Source of the DNA: a virus
Taxonomy: Duplodnaviria > Caudoviricetes
Length of the DNA: 64,000 bases
Strand: one strand, 5' to 3'
IMG/VR virus record: IMGVR_UViG_3300028197_000002
A program made the translations under genes and the position numbers. Below, one piece after another: positions 1-7,509 of this stretch (the stretch's first letter is position 1; every line of letters starts with the position of its first letter). A model generated the notes under the pieces. That model made no database searches. It had not been told where the DNA came from and saw only the letters and a list, made by a program, of their open reading frames with translations.

Positions 1-10
1 TGAAGATCAG

Positions 11-1090
11 ATGTTCCCAGATTTATATCCAAGTTTCACAGTAGAAACAATAGAAACTACAGAAAGAATATCAGAAAACATTACAATCCCCGGCGTAAAT
101 TATTTACTAAACATTAATTTCAAAAATCCCACGAACAGCATTTTTGGGCCGTATAAAATTAAATATGGATGGGGTTTGGAAGAAGACCGTGGATCTTATG
201 TAGGTGACTATGAAACAACAGCATTATCTGATCCTTATGGCGGAGGACCTTACTGGACAGATGCGAATATACCAGAAGGTTATGTGATTGAATATATTGA
301 CAAAGAAATTTATGAAACTCAAACCGATTCCTATGATCCTCCGGGAGTTTATCAAGCCTCAGCGCCTCCATACGGTCAGATGCCAACAGAGCCTTTGTCA
401 AACCCTTCTACCTTTGCGTTATCTCAGGGCGCTGCGGCGTCTCAGGCAACTGCTGCGGTTGGTACCGCTGCAGCCATCACGCCAAGACCAAATGGGGTTG
501 GAGAGCCACCGTTCGATGGCGAACCAATACGCTATACATTAATTCATCCTCATTATCCACCCGAAACTGGACTCGTTACTGGACTTGCGGATGTTACGCA
601 AGCAGAGGGCGGTTGGGGTGCGTCTGGAGTACCTTTAAAACATAAAAATGAGTATCTTCGGTCACAAATTACCCCTCCTTTTGAACGAGCTGTGCCCTTA
701 TCAAACACACATGACATTAGAGAAAAAGATCCCAATCTTAGAGAGGAGTACTATGATGGTACGATTTTAAAAGGGCACCTTGGATCTTCCCAGTCGCCAG
801 ATGATGTTGATATTGTTACTTCTTTAATAATAACAAGATTTAGAGCCAATATTAAAGGTGATGAAATTGAAGGAGATAAATCCACCCCAGAATCTTATCC
901 TAGTGGATATACAAATAGAGAAGTTAATGGGCTTGTTCCCGGAAAATCTTATTATTTTAGAATAGCTCTTATTCCAAGAAGCACTGAGAACCCGGAAGGA
1001 ATCCTTGGCGGAGGGAGCCAAATTGGAGATTTAGGGTCAAGTCGCTGGCATTATATCCCAGAACCAATCTACATAGAAGAATTATCATGA
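11..1090 (+). CDS. Probable virion structural protein with C-terminal fibronectin type III-like motif; may be 5'-truncated by the window edge
   Basis: Frame is open upstream of ATG 11 to the window start; Pro/Thr/Gly-rich; VNGLVPGKSYYFRIAL matches the FN3 'GL.PG..Y.FRV.A' pattern. Confidence 0.45.
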   Translation: MFPDLYPSFTVETIETTERISENITIPGVNYLLNINFKNPTNSIFGPYKIKYGWGLEEDRGSYVGDYETTALSDPYGGGPYWTDANIPEGYVIEYIDKEIYETQTDSYDPPGVYQASAPPYGQMPTEPLSNPSTFALSQGAAASQATAAVGTAAAITPRPNGVGEPPFDGEPIRYTLIHPHYPPETGLVTGLADVTQAEGGWGASGVPLKHKNEYLRSQITPPFERAVPLSNTHDIREKDPNLREEYYDGTILKGHLGSSQSPDDVDIVTSLIITRFRANIKGDEIEGDKSTPESYPSGYTNREVNGLVPGKSYYFRIALIPRSTENPEGILGGGSQIGDLGSSRWHYIPEPIYIEELS

Positions 1091-1153
1091 ATTTTCATTT
1101 AAAGGATTACTTAATATATTTGGAGAAGCAAAAGTTATAATTACTACTCAAAA

Positions 1154-1843
1154 ATGATTTATTATTTATTATTCGTATTTTTAATGCCACTATTCATAGC
1201 ATACATTTTAATATGCCTTGTGGCTCCACCTTTATTTTTTAATAAAAAAGAAATAAAGATGGAAGAAATATTAGAAGATAAAGAAGAAGAAGATAAAGAA
1301 GATAAAGAAGAAGATGATGAAGAAGAAGATGATGATGAAGATGATGAACCTAAAGATAGAAAAGTTTTCATAACCAAAGATTACATTCACTCTGATTTTA
1401 TTTTTTATTCATCTGAATGGAGTTCTATATTCATTACTGAAAAGAAATATATTGTAATTGGATGGGGAGATAGAGGAATATTTTTAGAAACAAAAACTTG
1501 GCCTGAATTAAAAATATCTAATGTGATTAAAGCTTTTTTTGGACTTAATGAATCTGTTGTAAGGGTTAAGTTCATAGACAGACTGCCTGAAGACTATGTT
1601 AAAAATAAAATAAACATAGATCAATTTGAATCTTTGAAAAATCACATAATGTCCTCTTTTTTAGATTTCCAAGAAATTGAAAAAGAGGACGATTATTGTG
1701 AAGATGGCATTTTTTACAAATCAAAATTAAATTACAATTGCATAAACACTTGTAACAACTGGGTAAATCAAGGTCTTATTAAGTCTGATGTTGCAAAAAG
1801 AACTTGGGCGCCATTAAGTGTCAATATTAAAGTTATTGATTAA
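1154..1843 (+). CDS. DUF2459-like membrane-anchored protein with acidic insertion
   Basis: N-terminal TM helix, D/E tract, then GWGDRGIFLETKTW...Y...NTCNNW motifs typical of DUF2459. Confidence 0.6.
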   Translation: MIYYLLFVFLMPLFIAYILICLVAPPLFFNKKEIKMEEILEDKEEEDKEDKEEDDEEEDDDEDDEPKDRKVFITKDYIHSDFIFYSSEWSSIFITEKKYIVIGWGDRGIFLETKTWPELKISNVIKAFFGLNESVVRVKFIDRLPEDYVKNKINIDQFESLKNHIMSSFLDFQEIEKEDDYCEDGIFYKSKLNYNCINTCNNWVNQGLIKSDVAKRTWAPLSVNIKVID

Positions 1844-1979
1844 GCAATTCTTGTATTTGTTGATTTCTTTTTTTCATAATATCTTTTATTCCTGAATCAC
1901 CTAAATTACTATTTGAAATAAAAGACATTGCAATTACCAAAAACAACAAAAACATAAACAAAACAAATACAACTCTCAT
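1833..1979 (-). CDS. Small single-TM protein (48 aa, not in ORF track)
   Basis: Manual translation MRVVFVLFMFLLFLVIAMSFISNSNLGDSGIKDIMKKRNQQIQELLNQ; AGGAGG SD at 1984-1989 (minus strand). Confidence 0.7.
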   Translation of the reverse strand: MRVVFVLFMFLLFLVIAMSFISNSNLGDSGIKDIMKKRNQQIQELLNQ

Positions 1980-1990
1980 ATAGCCTCCTG

Positions 1991-2575
1991 CTATTTATTT
2001 TTTTTCCATATTCCGGATTTTTCTTTGCTGTCCGAATCAGCTTTTTCATAAGCTTTACAAAAACTTGTGAAATCAATATTTGACAAGGCAGGTTTTAGTT
2101 TTTCATAAACATATTCCCTATTGCTTGTCATTTTTTCAAAATCTAAAAATATAGTTTCTATATCATGCAAGGTTGTTTCTCTAATCAAAATTGAAATTGA
2201 TTTATAAAACTCATCCAGTTGAGATTCATAATCAGTAGCGTTCCAAGTAAGACCACCAGCACGGTTTTGAAAATGCTCTCTAGATTTTGCTGCTTCTTCA
2301 TATTTTCTAATGGGAACTATTACAAAATCTATTTTCCATTTTTTCTCCGTAACCAGATTTGAGATATGTCTAGAGAAAGTTGGAGATTTTATGAACCTAA
2401 TAGATTCATTTTTGGGATCGTTTCCATTAAGTTCTATTCCTGAATTACATTTATTGAATATATATTTCTGAATCTCTTTAGGATCTATTCCCGTATTTAG
2501 ATTAAGGTAAGTAAACAGCCTCATTAAAAATGTAGTGCCACACCTACCTGTTCCTGTCACCAGCACTTTGTTCAT
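1991..2575 (-). CDS. Sulfotransferase-family / P-loop protein
   Basis: VLVTGTGRCGTTFL resembles the 5'-PSB loop (GxGRSGTT); KSP and IVPIR motifs follow; AGGAGG SD. Confidence 0.6.
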   Translation of the reverse strand: MNKVLVTGTGRCGTTFLMRLFTYLNLNTGIDPKEIQKYIFNKCNSGIELNGNDPKNESIRFIKSPTFSRHISNLVTEKKWKIDFVIVPIRKYEEAAKSREHFQNRAGGLTWNATDYESQLDEFYKSISILIRETTLHDIETIFLDFEKMTSNREYVYEKLKPALSNIDFTSFCKAYEKADSDSKEKSGIWKKNK

Positions 2576-2664
2576 TTACAACCTCCTTGTTGTTTTTGAA
2601 AAACTTTGAAATTAGGTACACAATAGTTCCTACAATTCCTGTTAGTAAAATCATTTCGAACTCC

Positions 2665-3123
2665 TTATCTGTTTTGATTAATCCAACTTGAATAGTCAGA
2701 TTTTCTATAGCCTTTCTTTTTGCTTTTTATCACTTCATTTTTAAGAATAAAAGAAGTGGGATAAGATCTTACTTTAAAACTTTTAGCTAGATCTTTTCTC
2801 TCATCAGCATTTACAAAACAAATAACGTAGTTTGTTAAATCGAAATTCCTTATTTCATTTTTTAACTTTACGCAATATCCACACCAATCTGTTCCTAAAA
2901 CAACCAATAAAGGTTTGTCTTTTGAAATCTTTAGTGCTTCTTCGTAGCTATCAGCAAAGATAGGCTCTGAAGATTTAGGTTCTTCTGAGCTTTTTGGCAT
3001 TACTATTTGAGAGTTAGAATTTTCCCAATTGCCACTTGCTCCATTTGCGTCATGCGCAGAAGTGCAGCCAATTGTAGGAATTAATACTAATGCCAATGCA
3101 ATTAAACATATTTTTTTTATCAT
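2665..3123 (-). CDS. Thioredoxin-like (lipo)protein
   Basis: Signal peptide ending IGC (lipobox-like); WCGYC redox motif; VRSYPT cis-Pro motif; AGGAGG SD. Confidence 0.8.
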   Translation of the reverse strand: MIKKICLIALALVLIPTIGCTSAHDANGASGNWENSNSQIVMPKSSEEPKSSEPIFADSYEEALKISKDKPLLVVLGTDWCGYCVKLKNEIRNFDLTNYVICFVNADERKDLAKSFKVRSYPTSFILKNEVIKSKKKGYRKSDYSSWINQNR

Positions 3124-3214
3124 TTTTTCCTCCTTGAATGATGTTTTCCTAATAATTATGTATTACTAATAAATCTTTTTATTTAATGCATAGATAAAAA
3201 GAAAGAGGTTTATC

Positions 3215-3622
3215 ATGAATGAATTAATATTAGAAATAAATAAACTGAGTGTAGAAGAAGTTGCCATAATAGTAGAAAACTATTGGTTGGAGTTGGCTGA
3301 GGTCGCAAAAGATCCTGCTCAAAAACAAACATTTTTACAAAAAGCTGGTGCTGTTGGAAAAAAAGTACTTCAAGGTATAGGCGGAGCAGCAAGAGGTGTG
3401 GCAGACGCATTTAAACAGGGATATGAAAACAAATCTAATATTGACAAAGTAATCCAACTTCTCACCGATGAGGGTCTTTATAATAATGAAATAAAGGCAA
3501 TTCTTGCAAAAGCGGTGATGCAGAAAGCACAAAAAGCCAAGGCATCTAAATCACCAAATAAGTCCGGCCAAAAACAAATGAAATTGCCATTCAAAGAATG
3601 GCTTTTAGAAAACTCAAAATAA
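3215..3622 (+). CDS. Hypothetical protein, possible head/internal protein
   Basis: GAGG SD; helical, Lys/Ala-rich; C-terminus MKLPFKEWLLENSK resembles the motif found at N-termini of other ORFs here. Confidence 0.6.
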   Translation: MNELILEINKLSVEEVAIIVENYWLELAEVAKDPAQKQTFLQKAGAVGKKVLQGIGGAARGVADAFKQGYENKSNIDKVIQLLTDEGLYNNEIKAILAKAVMQKAQKAKASKSPNKSGQKQMKLPFKEWLLENSK

Positions 3623-4360
3623 ACTTTTATTTACCCGTAACTTTTTAGCTATTGGTTTTTTGTGATAGTTTAATGATGTAGATTCAATAAAATAAAAATT
3701 TATATAAGTAAAGTTTTCAACTTCTAAACGCATGTCTTTCAAGAGAGAAACGGCATTCATTAAGTCTTTTTTATTAGAATGATAATGTCCAGAATAATTA
3801 TCGACATTGATTATTTTCCCTGAAGAATTAATATGAAGCCTGCCTGCTCCATAAACAAAAGAGGATTCGTCGCTTAAGTAATAATGCTTATATCCTATTT
3901 TTAAATTTTTACTTTTTGTAATTACGAAATCTAAAAAGATATCAGTTGAAGAATTTACAAAATTTGATTTAACAATATCTTTGAAATTTTTAAATAATAT
4001 TTTTTTGTCAACAATTTCAAATTCAAAATTTTTATATTCGCGTATAACATATTTTTTGGGATTTATTTTTAGTGTAATTGCATATTGAAAATGTTTTTTC
4101 AAAAACGCAAGACATTCTTTTACTTCAGATTTTTCAACTTCATTTAATTTTACTTTGACTTTTTTGTTTTTTACCTTAGCCAATTCATCGTCAAAACTTT
4201 TGCCATTTAAATAAAATAAAATTAAAAACTCATCTATTAATTCTTTTTTCAAATCTGTACTTTCAATTAATCTAAATAGTTCTGCATTATTTCCAGGATC
4301 ATTTGGAAACAAATGAGCTTTTTCTAACCAACTCTTTAGTTCTACATTTTTATTTAACAT
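3614..4360 (-). CDS. Hypothetical protein with toxin-like 'N.SGHY' C-terminal domain
   Basis: GAGRLHINSSGKIINVDNYSGHYH resembles the AG.l....G.i..i.N.SGHY signature seen in polymorphic-toxin/effector-like domains. Confidence 0.4.
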   Translation of the reverse strand: MLNKNVELKSWLEKAHLFPNDPGNNAELFRLIESTDLKKELIDEFLILFYLNGKSFDDELAKVKNKKVKVKLNEVEKSEVKECLAFLKKHFQYAITLKINPKKYVIREYKNFEFEIVDKKILFKNFKDIVKSNFVNSSTDIFLDFVITKSKNLKIGYKHYYLSDESSFVYGAGRLHINSSGKIINVDNYSGHYHSNKKDLMNAVSLLKDMRLEVENFTYINFYFIESTSLNYHKKPIAKKLRVNKSLF

Positions 4361-4424
4361 TGATATTTTTTTTGCTCTACTTAGAATGAGTATTCTTGTT
4401 TAACTTAATATATTTAATCTAATT

Positions 4425-4661
4425 ATGAAATACACAGAAAAAGAATTAAACTTAGCCAAAAGATATGCAAATGGGGATTGTAATGATGTTCAATTAAATT
4501 ATTTAATCTCAACGAATAATTTGGATCAGAAAAAAGTAGAGCTTTTAATTAATTTTTGTAAGCACTCTGCTCCTTTTGTAACTTTTTGTTGGGTTGTTCT
4601 TTTGTTCTATGTCTTTCATCTTTCGCTATGTTTTGCATATTCTTTGTATAATGTTTGGTGA
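4425..4661 (+). CDS. Small membrane protein
   Basis: 78 aa with hydrophobic C-terminal helix. Confidence 0.55.
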   Translation: MKYTEKELNLAKRYANGDCNDVQLNYLISTNNLDQKKVELLINFCKHSAPFVTFCWVVLLFYVFHLSLCFAYSLYNVW

Positions 4662-4678
4662 AATATTTGCTTTAAACG

Positions 4679-4706
4679 TTGACAATTAATTTTGAAATCT
4701 TATAAT
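4679..4706 (+). promoter_or_regulatory. Consensus sigma70-type promoter for csrA
   Basis: TTGACA (4679-4684), 16-nt spacer, TATAAT (4701-4706), 40 nt upstream of the csrA ATG. Confidence 0.8.
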
Positions 4707-4745
4707 TAAAGCACCTAAACTTAAAATTTTATTCAAGGAGTGGAT

Positions 4746-4925
4746 ATGTTAGTTCTTACTAGAAAAATGAATGAAAGTATTATCATTCAAGACAACATAG
4801 AGATTTGTATTGTTAATGTTGATAGAGACAGAGTCAAAATTGGAATACAAGCTCCCAAAGAAATCTCAATTCATCGAGCTGAAATTTATGAAAAAATTAA
4901 AAACTCTGATGTCGAAAAAGCCTAA
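4746..4925 (+). CDS. csrA: Carbon storage regulator CsrA/RsmA-family RNA-binding protein
   Basis: [48 protein letters not shown] is the classic CsrA pattern; AAGGAG SD supports ATG 4746. Confidence 0.95.
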   Translation: MLVLTRKMNESIIIQDNIEICIVNVDRDRVKIGIQAPKEISIHRAEIYEKIKNSDVEKA

Positions 4926-4930
4926 TTACA

Positions 4931-4992
4931 TGCATGGTGATATTAATCAGTAGTTGTAATCAATACCATTAATATCACTATGCAATTTTTTT
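4931..4992 (+). terminator. Long hairpin plus U-tract after csrA (terminator or structured RNA)
   Basis: Arms TGCATGGTGATATTAAT (4931-4947) and ATTAATATCACTATGCA (4968-4984) with one G-U pair; inner GTA(G)TTG/CAATAC stem; followed by A and 7 T. Confidence 0.65.
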
Positions 4993-4993
4993 A

Positions 4994-5248
4994 ATGAATA
5001 AGTTATTTTTTTTAATGTATAAGTTAGTTTTTTTAATAGCTTTCTTTTTATTGCTTTTTTTGTCACTGATTAATCTTCCTAAGACAGTTTCGAACCTAAC
5101 AGTTGAAAATAAAATTAAAGATTCTGAGCAAAAAGGGTTGACTCCTAGAGATTTTTTATTAGTTTATAAGTTGTGGTTTGACGAAGAATGGAGAAAAGTA
5201 GGAGAAGATGCTTTGGCTGAAGGTGACAGTTTTATCTTAAAAAATTAA
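4994..5248 (+). CDS. Small membrane-anchored protein
   Basis: Hydrophobic N-terminal helix, 84 aa. Confidence 0.55.
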   Translation: MNKLFFLMYKLVFLIAFFLLLFLSLINLPKTVSNLTVENKIKDSEQKGLTPRDFLLVYKLWFDEEWRKVGEDALAEGDSFILKN

Positions 5249-5303
5249 ATAATATCTTTTAATCCAATTGCTACATTCTGTTTTAATTAATTAATTAAAT
5301 AAG

Positions 5304-5311
5304 TATAAATA
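5304..5311 (+). promoter_or_regulatory. T4-type late promoter-like TATAAATA inside an imperfect inverted repeat
   Basis: Exact TATAAATA upstream of the AGGAGG SD and ATG 5352; flanked by CTGTTTTAATTAATTAA / TTAATTAATTAAACAG. Confidence 0.4.
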
Positions 5312-5351
5312 TATTATTACTTTTTAATTAATTAAACAGCAGGAGGTTGTA

Positions 5352-5549
5352 ATGGAGAAGGCGAAAAAAAGAATAGAAATACTGCACAAGGCAGACGAGC
5401 TTTATGATTTTGCTCAAAAAATATTTTCAAATAAAAGAATAGAATTATTAAAAAGATGTGGTGAATTATACAAAGAAGCTGACCTAAGTCTAATGGCAGA
5501 AAAAGTGAATAAAGAAGCAGAGACTTGGGATCGCTGGCTAAATGGATAA
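5352..5549 (+). CDS. Hypothetical protein
   Basis: AGGAGG SD, 65 aa helical. Confidence 0.65.
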   Translation: MEKAKKRIEILHKADELYDFAQKIFSNKRIELLKRCGELYKEADLSLMAEKVNKEAETWDRWLNG

Positions 5550-5584
5550 TTAACCAGCGACCGCCTCATCAATAACTCATTTGC

Positions 5585-6562
5585 TTAATCAATGCTACCT
5601 ATTTCTCCACCGTTGCGAGTAATAGCGCCAGCAAAGACTCTTAAATCAACATTGTCATTAATAGTTCTGGTTGATCCATCGGCATATACGCAGTTCATAA
5701 CTCCGGGATGCATACTATATGCCTCACCATCATTAATAACATTAAAAGGAACATTGCCAGAACAGTTCTTGCACTTATCACCATTGGCATCAATACCATG
5801 TAATTTAAATGGACCTAAACTATCTGCCCAACTAATGCATTGGTTAGTTCCACCTGTAGGAGATCTTCCATTACTGGCTTTATAAACATCAGGTCTACTT
5901 GCGCACTCTACAATCATAAGAGTGTTGGAAAAACCATCAATGATATCCTGTTCCTTAGTTACCTTATCTTTTATCAAACAACCATCGTCCCCAGTTTTAT
6001 TTGCATAAGGATCGCTACCAGCAGGAAAAACTTTATCTTTAACACCAGTAAATGTTTCATAGTCAGTATAACCAAGAATGTTAGGGTCTAAACTTGGAGC
6101 AGCACTATCGCTATCTCTAGTAGGCCCATCAACATTAACATAACCACCACCGGGAGGAAGTGCAGATGGACATTTTAGTACCGAGGCTTGTGTTGCAATA
6201 GCTTGAGTATTCTCCCACCAATTCTTATTAAAATCATATATGTTTGCTACATTGCCTTGCTCTAAATTTGCAAGAACAAATGCTCTCCAACTATGTTCTG
6301 TTCGTGATGGATTGCCAAGAGAACTAGGAGTTTCAGATAAATCTTTAGCCTCTATAGTCCAAGCAGCAGCAGGGAAATATTTTTTTTGATCTAAACTCAT
6401 GTGCATTGCAAGACCTTGTTGTTTTAAATTATTAGAGCAACTTGCTCGTCTTGCCGCTTCTCTAGCTTGTTGAACAGCAGGCAATAACAATCCTACTAGA
6501 ACGCCAATAATTGCAATAACCACTAGTAATTCAATCAGCGTGAAACCTTTGCGATTCTTCAT
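5585..6562 (-). CDS. DUF1559 (Planctomycete-type) prepilin N-terminal cleavage/methylation protein with H-X9-DG motif
   Basis: KG|FTLIELLVVIAIIGVLVGLLLPAVQQAREAARR..CSNNLKQ.GLAMH at the N-terminus; HPGVMNCVYADG (H-X9-DG) at the C-terminus. Confidence 0.95.
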   Translation of the reverse strand: MKNRKGFTLIELLVVIAIIGVLVGLLLPAVQQAREAARRASCSNNLKQQGLAMHMSLDQKKYFPAAAWTIEAKDLSETPSSLGNPSRTEHSWRAFVLANLEQGNVANIYDFNKNWWENTQAIATQASVLKCPSALPPGGGYVNVDGPTRDSDSAAPSLDPNILGYTDYETFTGVKDKVFPAGSDPYANKTGDDGCLIKDKVTKEQDIIDGFSNTLMIVECASRPDVYKASNGRSPTGGTNQCISWADSLGPFKLHGIDANGDKCKNCSGNVPFNVINDGEAYSMHPGVMNCVYADGSTRTINDNVDLRVFAGAITRNGGEIGSID

Positions 6563-6649
6563 TTTTATTTTTCCTTTATTATGAGTTTATTAAAAATATA
6601 AACTATAATATTCAATCTCAGAACAATAAAAACATTAGTATTTGATTAG

Positions 6650-7066
6650 TTATTCAAATTTGTCAAAAGGGTGAAAAACTTTGACCCATTTGCCTTTAAA
6701 TAAGCTTTCTGGATCTTCAAATACTTGAGGACTATCATCATGGTGAATTAAAGAGTTTAGACCAGACAACATTTTTCCTTTAGGACCGCCGGTGGCAATT
6801 ACATCTATTATTGGAAGCTCATTATCTTTAGCGAATTGCACTACTTCTGGTCTATCGCGATTTTTTCTTGCAGTTACAACATAAACTGAGTAGCCTTGAG
6901 AAGCGTATTTTTTTAGTTTTCTTACATTCTCTTCACACGGCTTCTCTGAACTAGAAGACCAAATTTCATTTTCTTCATCCCAAAAAGGCAAGGTTAATGT
7001 GTTATCAAAATCAAATGTAACTACACCTTTATCTTTTCGAGATTCTATCCATTTCTTAAAGCTCAT
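6650..7066 (-). CDS. HAD-superfamily phosphatase
   Basis: Motif I FDFDNT, motif II VVTAR, Lys, motif IV HHDDS; AGGAG SD. Confidence 0.8.
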   Translation of the reverse strand: MSFKKWIESRKDKGVVTFDFDNTLTLPFWDEENEIWSSSSEKPCEENVRKLKKYASQGYSVYVVTARKNRDRPEVVQFAKDNELPIIDVIATGGPKGKMLSGLNSLIHHDDSPQVFEDPESLFKGKWVKVFHPFDKFE

Positions 7067-7096
7067 TGCACTCCTAAACTTAGAAATCTTTTGGTT

Positions 7097-7507
7097 TTAT
7101 GGTGTGTGTTCAGTTGTATTTCTTTTTTCAAGATTTTTGTAATCTAGATGGTGATATACATCATCTAAATATTCTCCAGCAAGATTAATCTTAGATTTAA
7201 CCCAATCTCTTAATCCGGGAACTGAGTCGATATGTTTGAGTATTTGCAAAGCTTTGTCTTGAATGCTTTTTAAATCACCTATTGCCATTTTGTTTGGGAT
7301 TTTGCCTTCAAATTTATAATATTTAATATAATCCAGAACAGTATTTAAATAATCTTCTGCGTGAGTTAGTTTTGCTTTTATCCAATCTTCCAATTCTTCA
7401 CAAGGGCTTATCATTCCCATTAAATCTTCACTATATTTTGCAATTTTGTAAAGATCATTTTTGGCATGTTTGTAATCTTCTAAATGTTTTTTAAATTTTA
7501 ATTTCAT
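7097..7507 (-). CDS. Phage protein with two tandem copies of a helical domain
   Basis: AKNDL..IA......L....ELEDWIKAKLTHAEDYLNTV.DY and MAIGDL.SI...A..IL......LRDWVKSKINLAGEYLDDV.HHLDY. Confidence 0.6.
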   Translation of the reverse strand: MKLKFKKHLEDYKHAKNDLYKIAKYSEDLMGMISPCEELEDWIKAKLTHAEDYLNTVLDYIKYYKFEGKIPNKMAIGDLKSIQDKALQILKHIDSVPGLRDWVKSKINLAGEYLDDVYHHLDYKNLEKRNTTEHTP

Positions 7508-7509
7508 AA

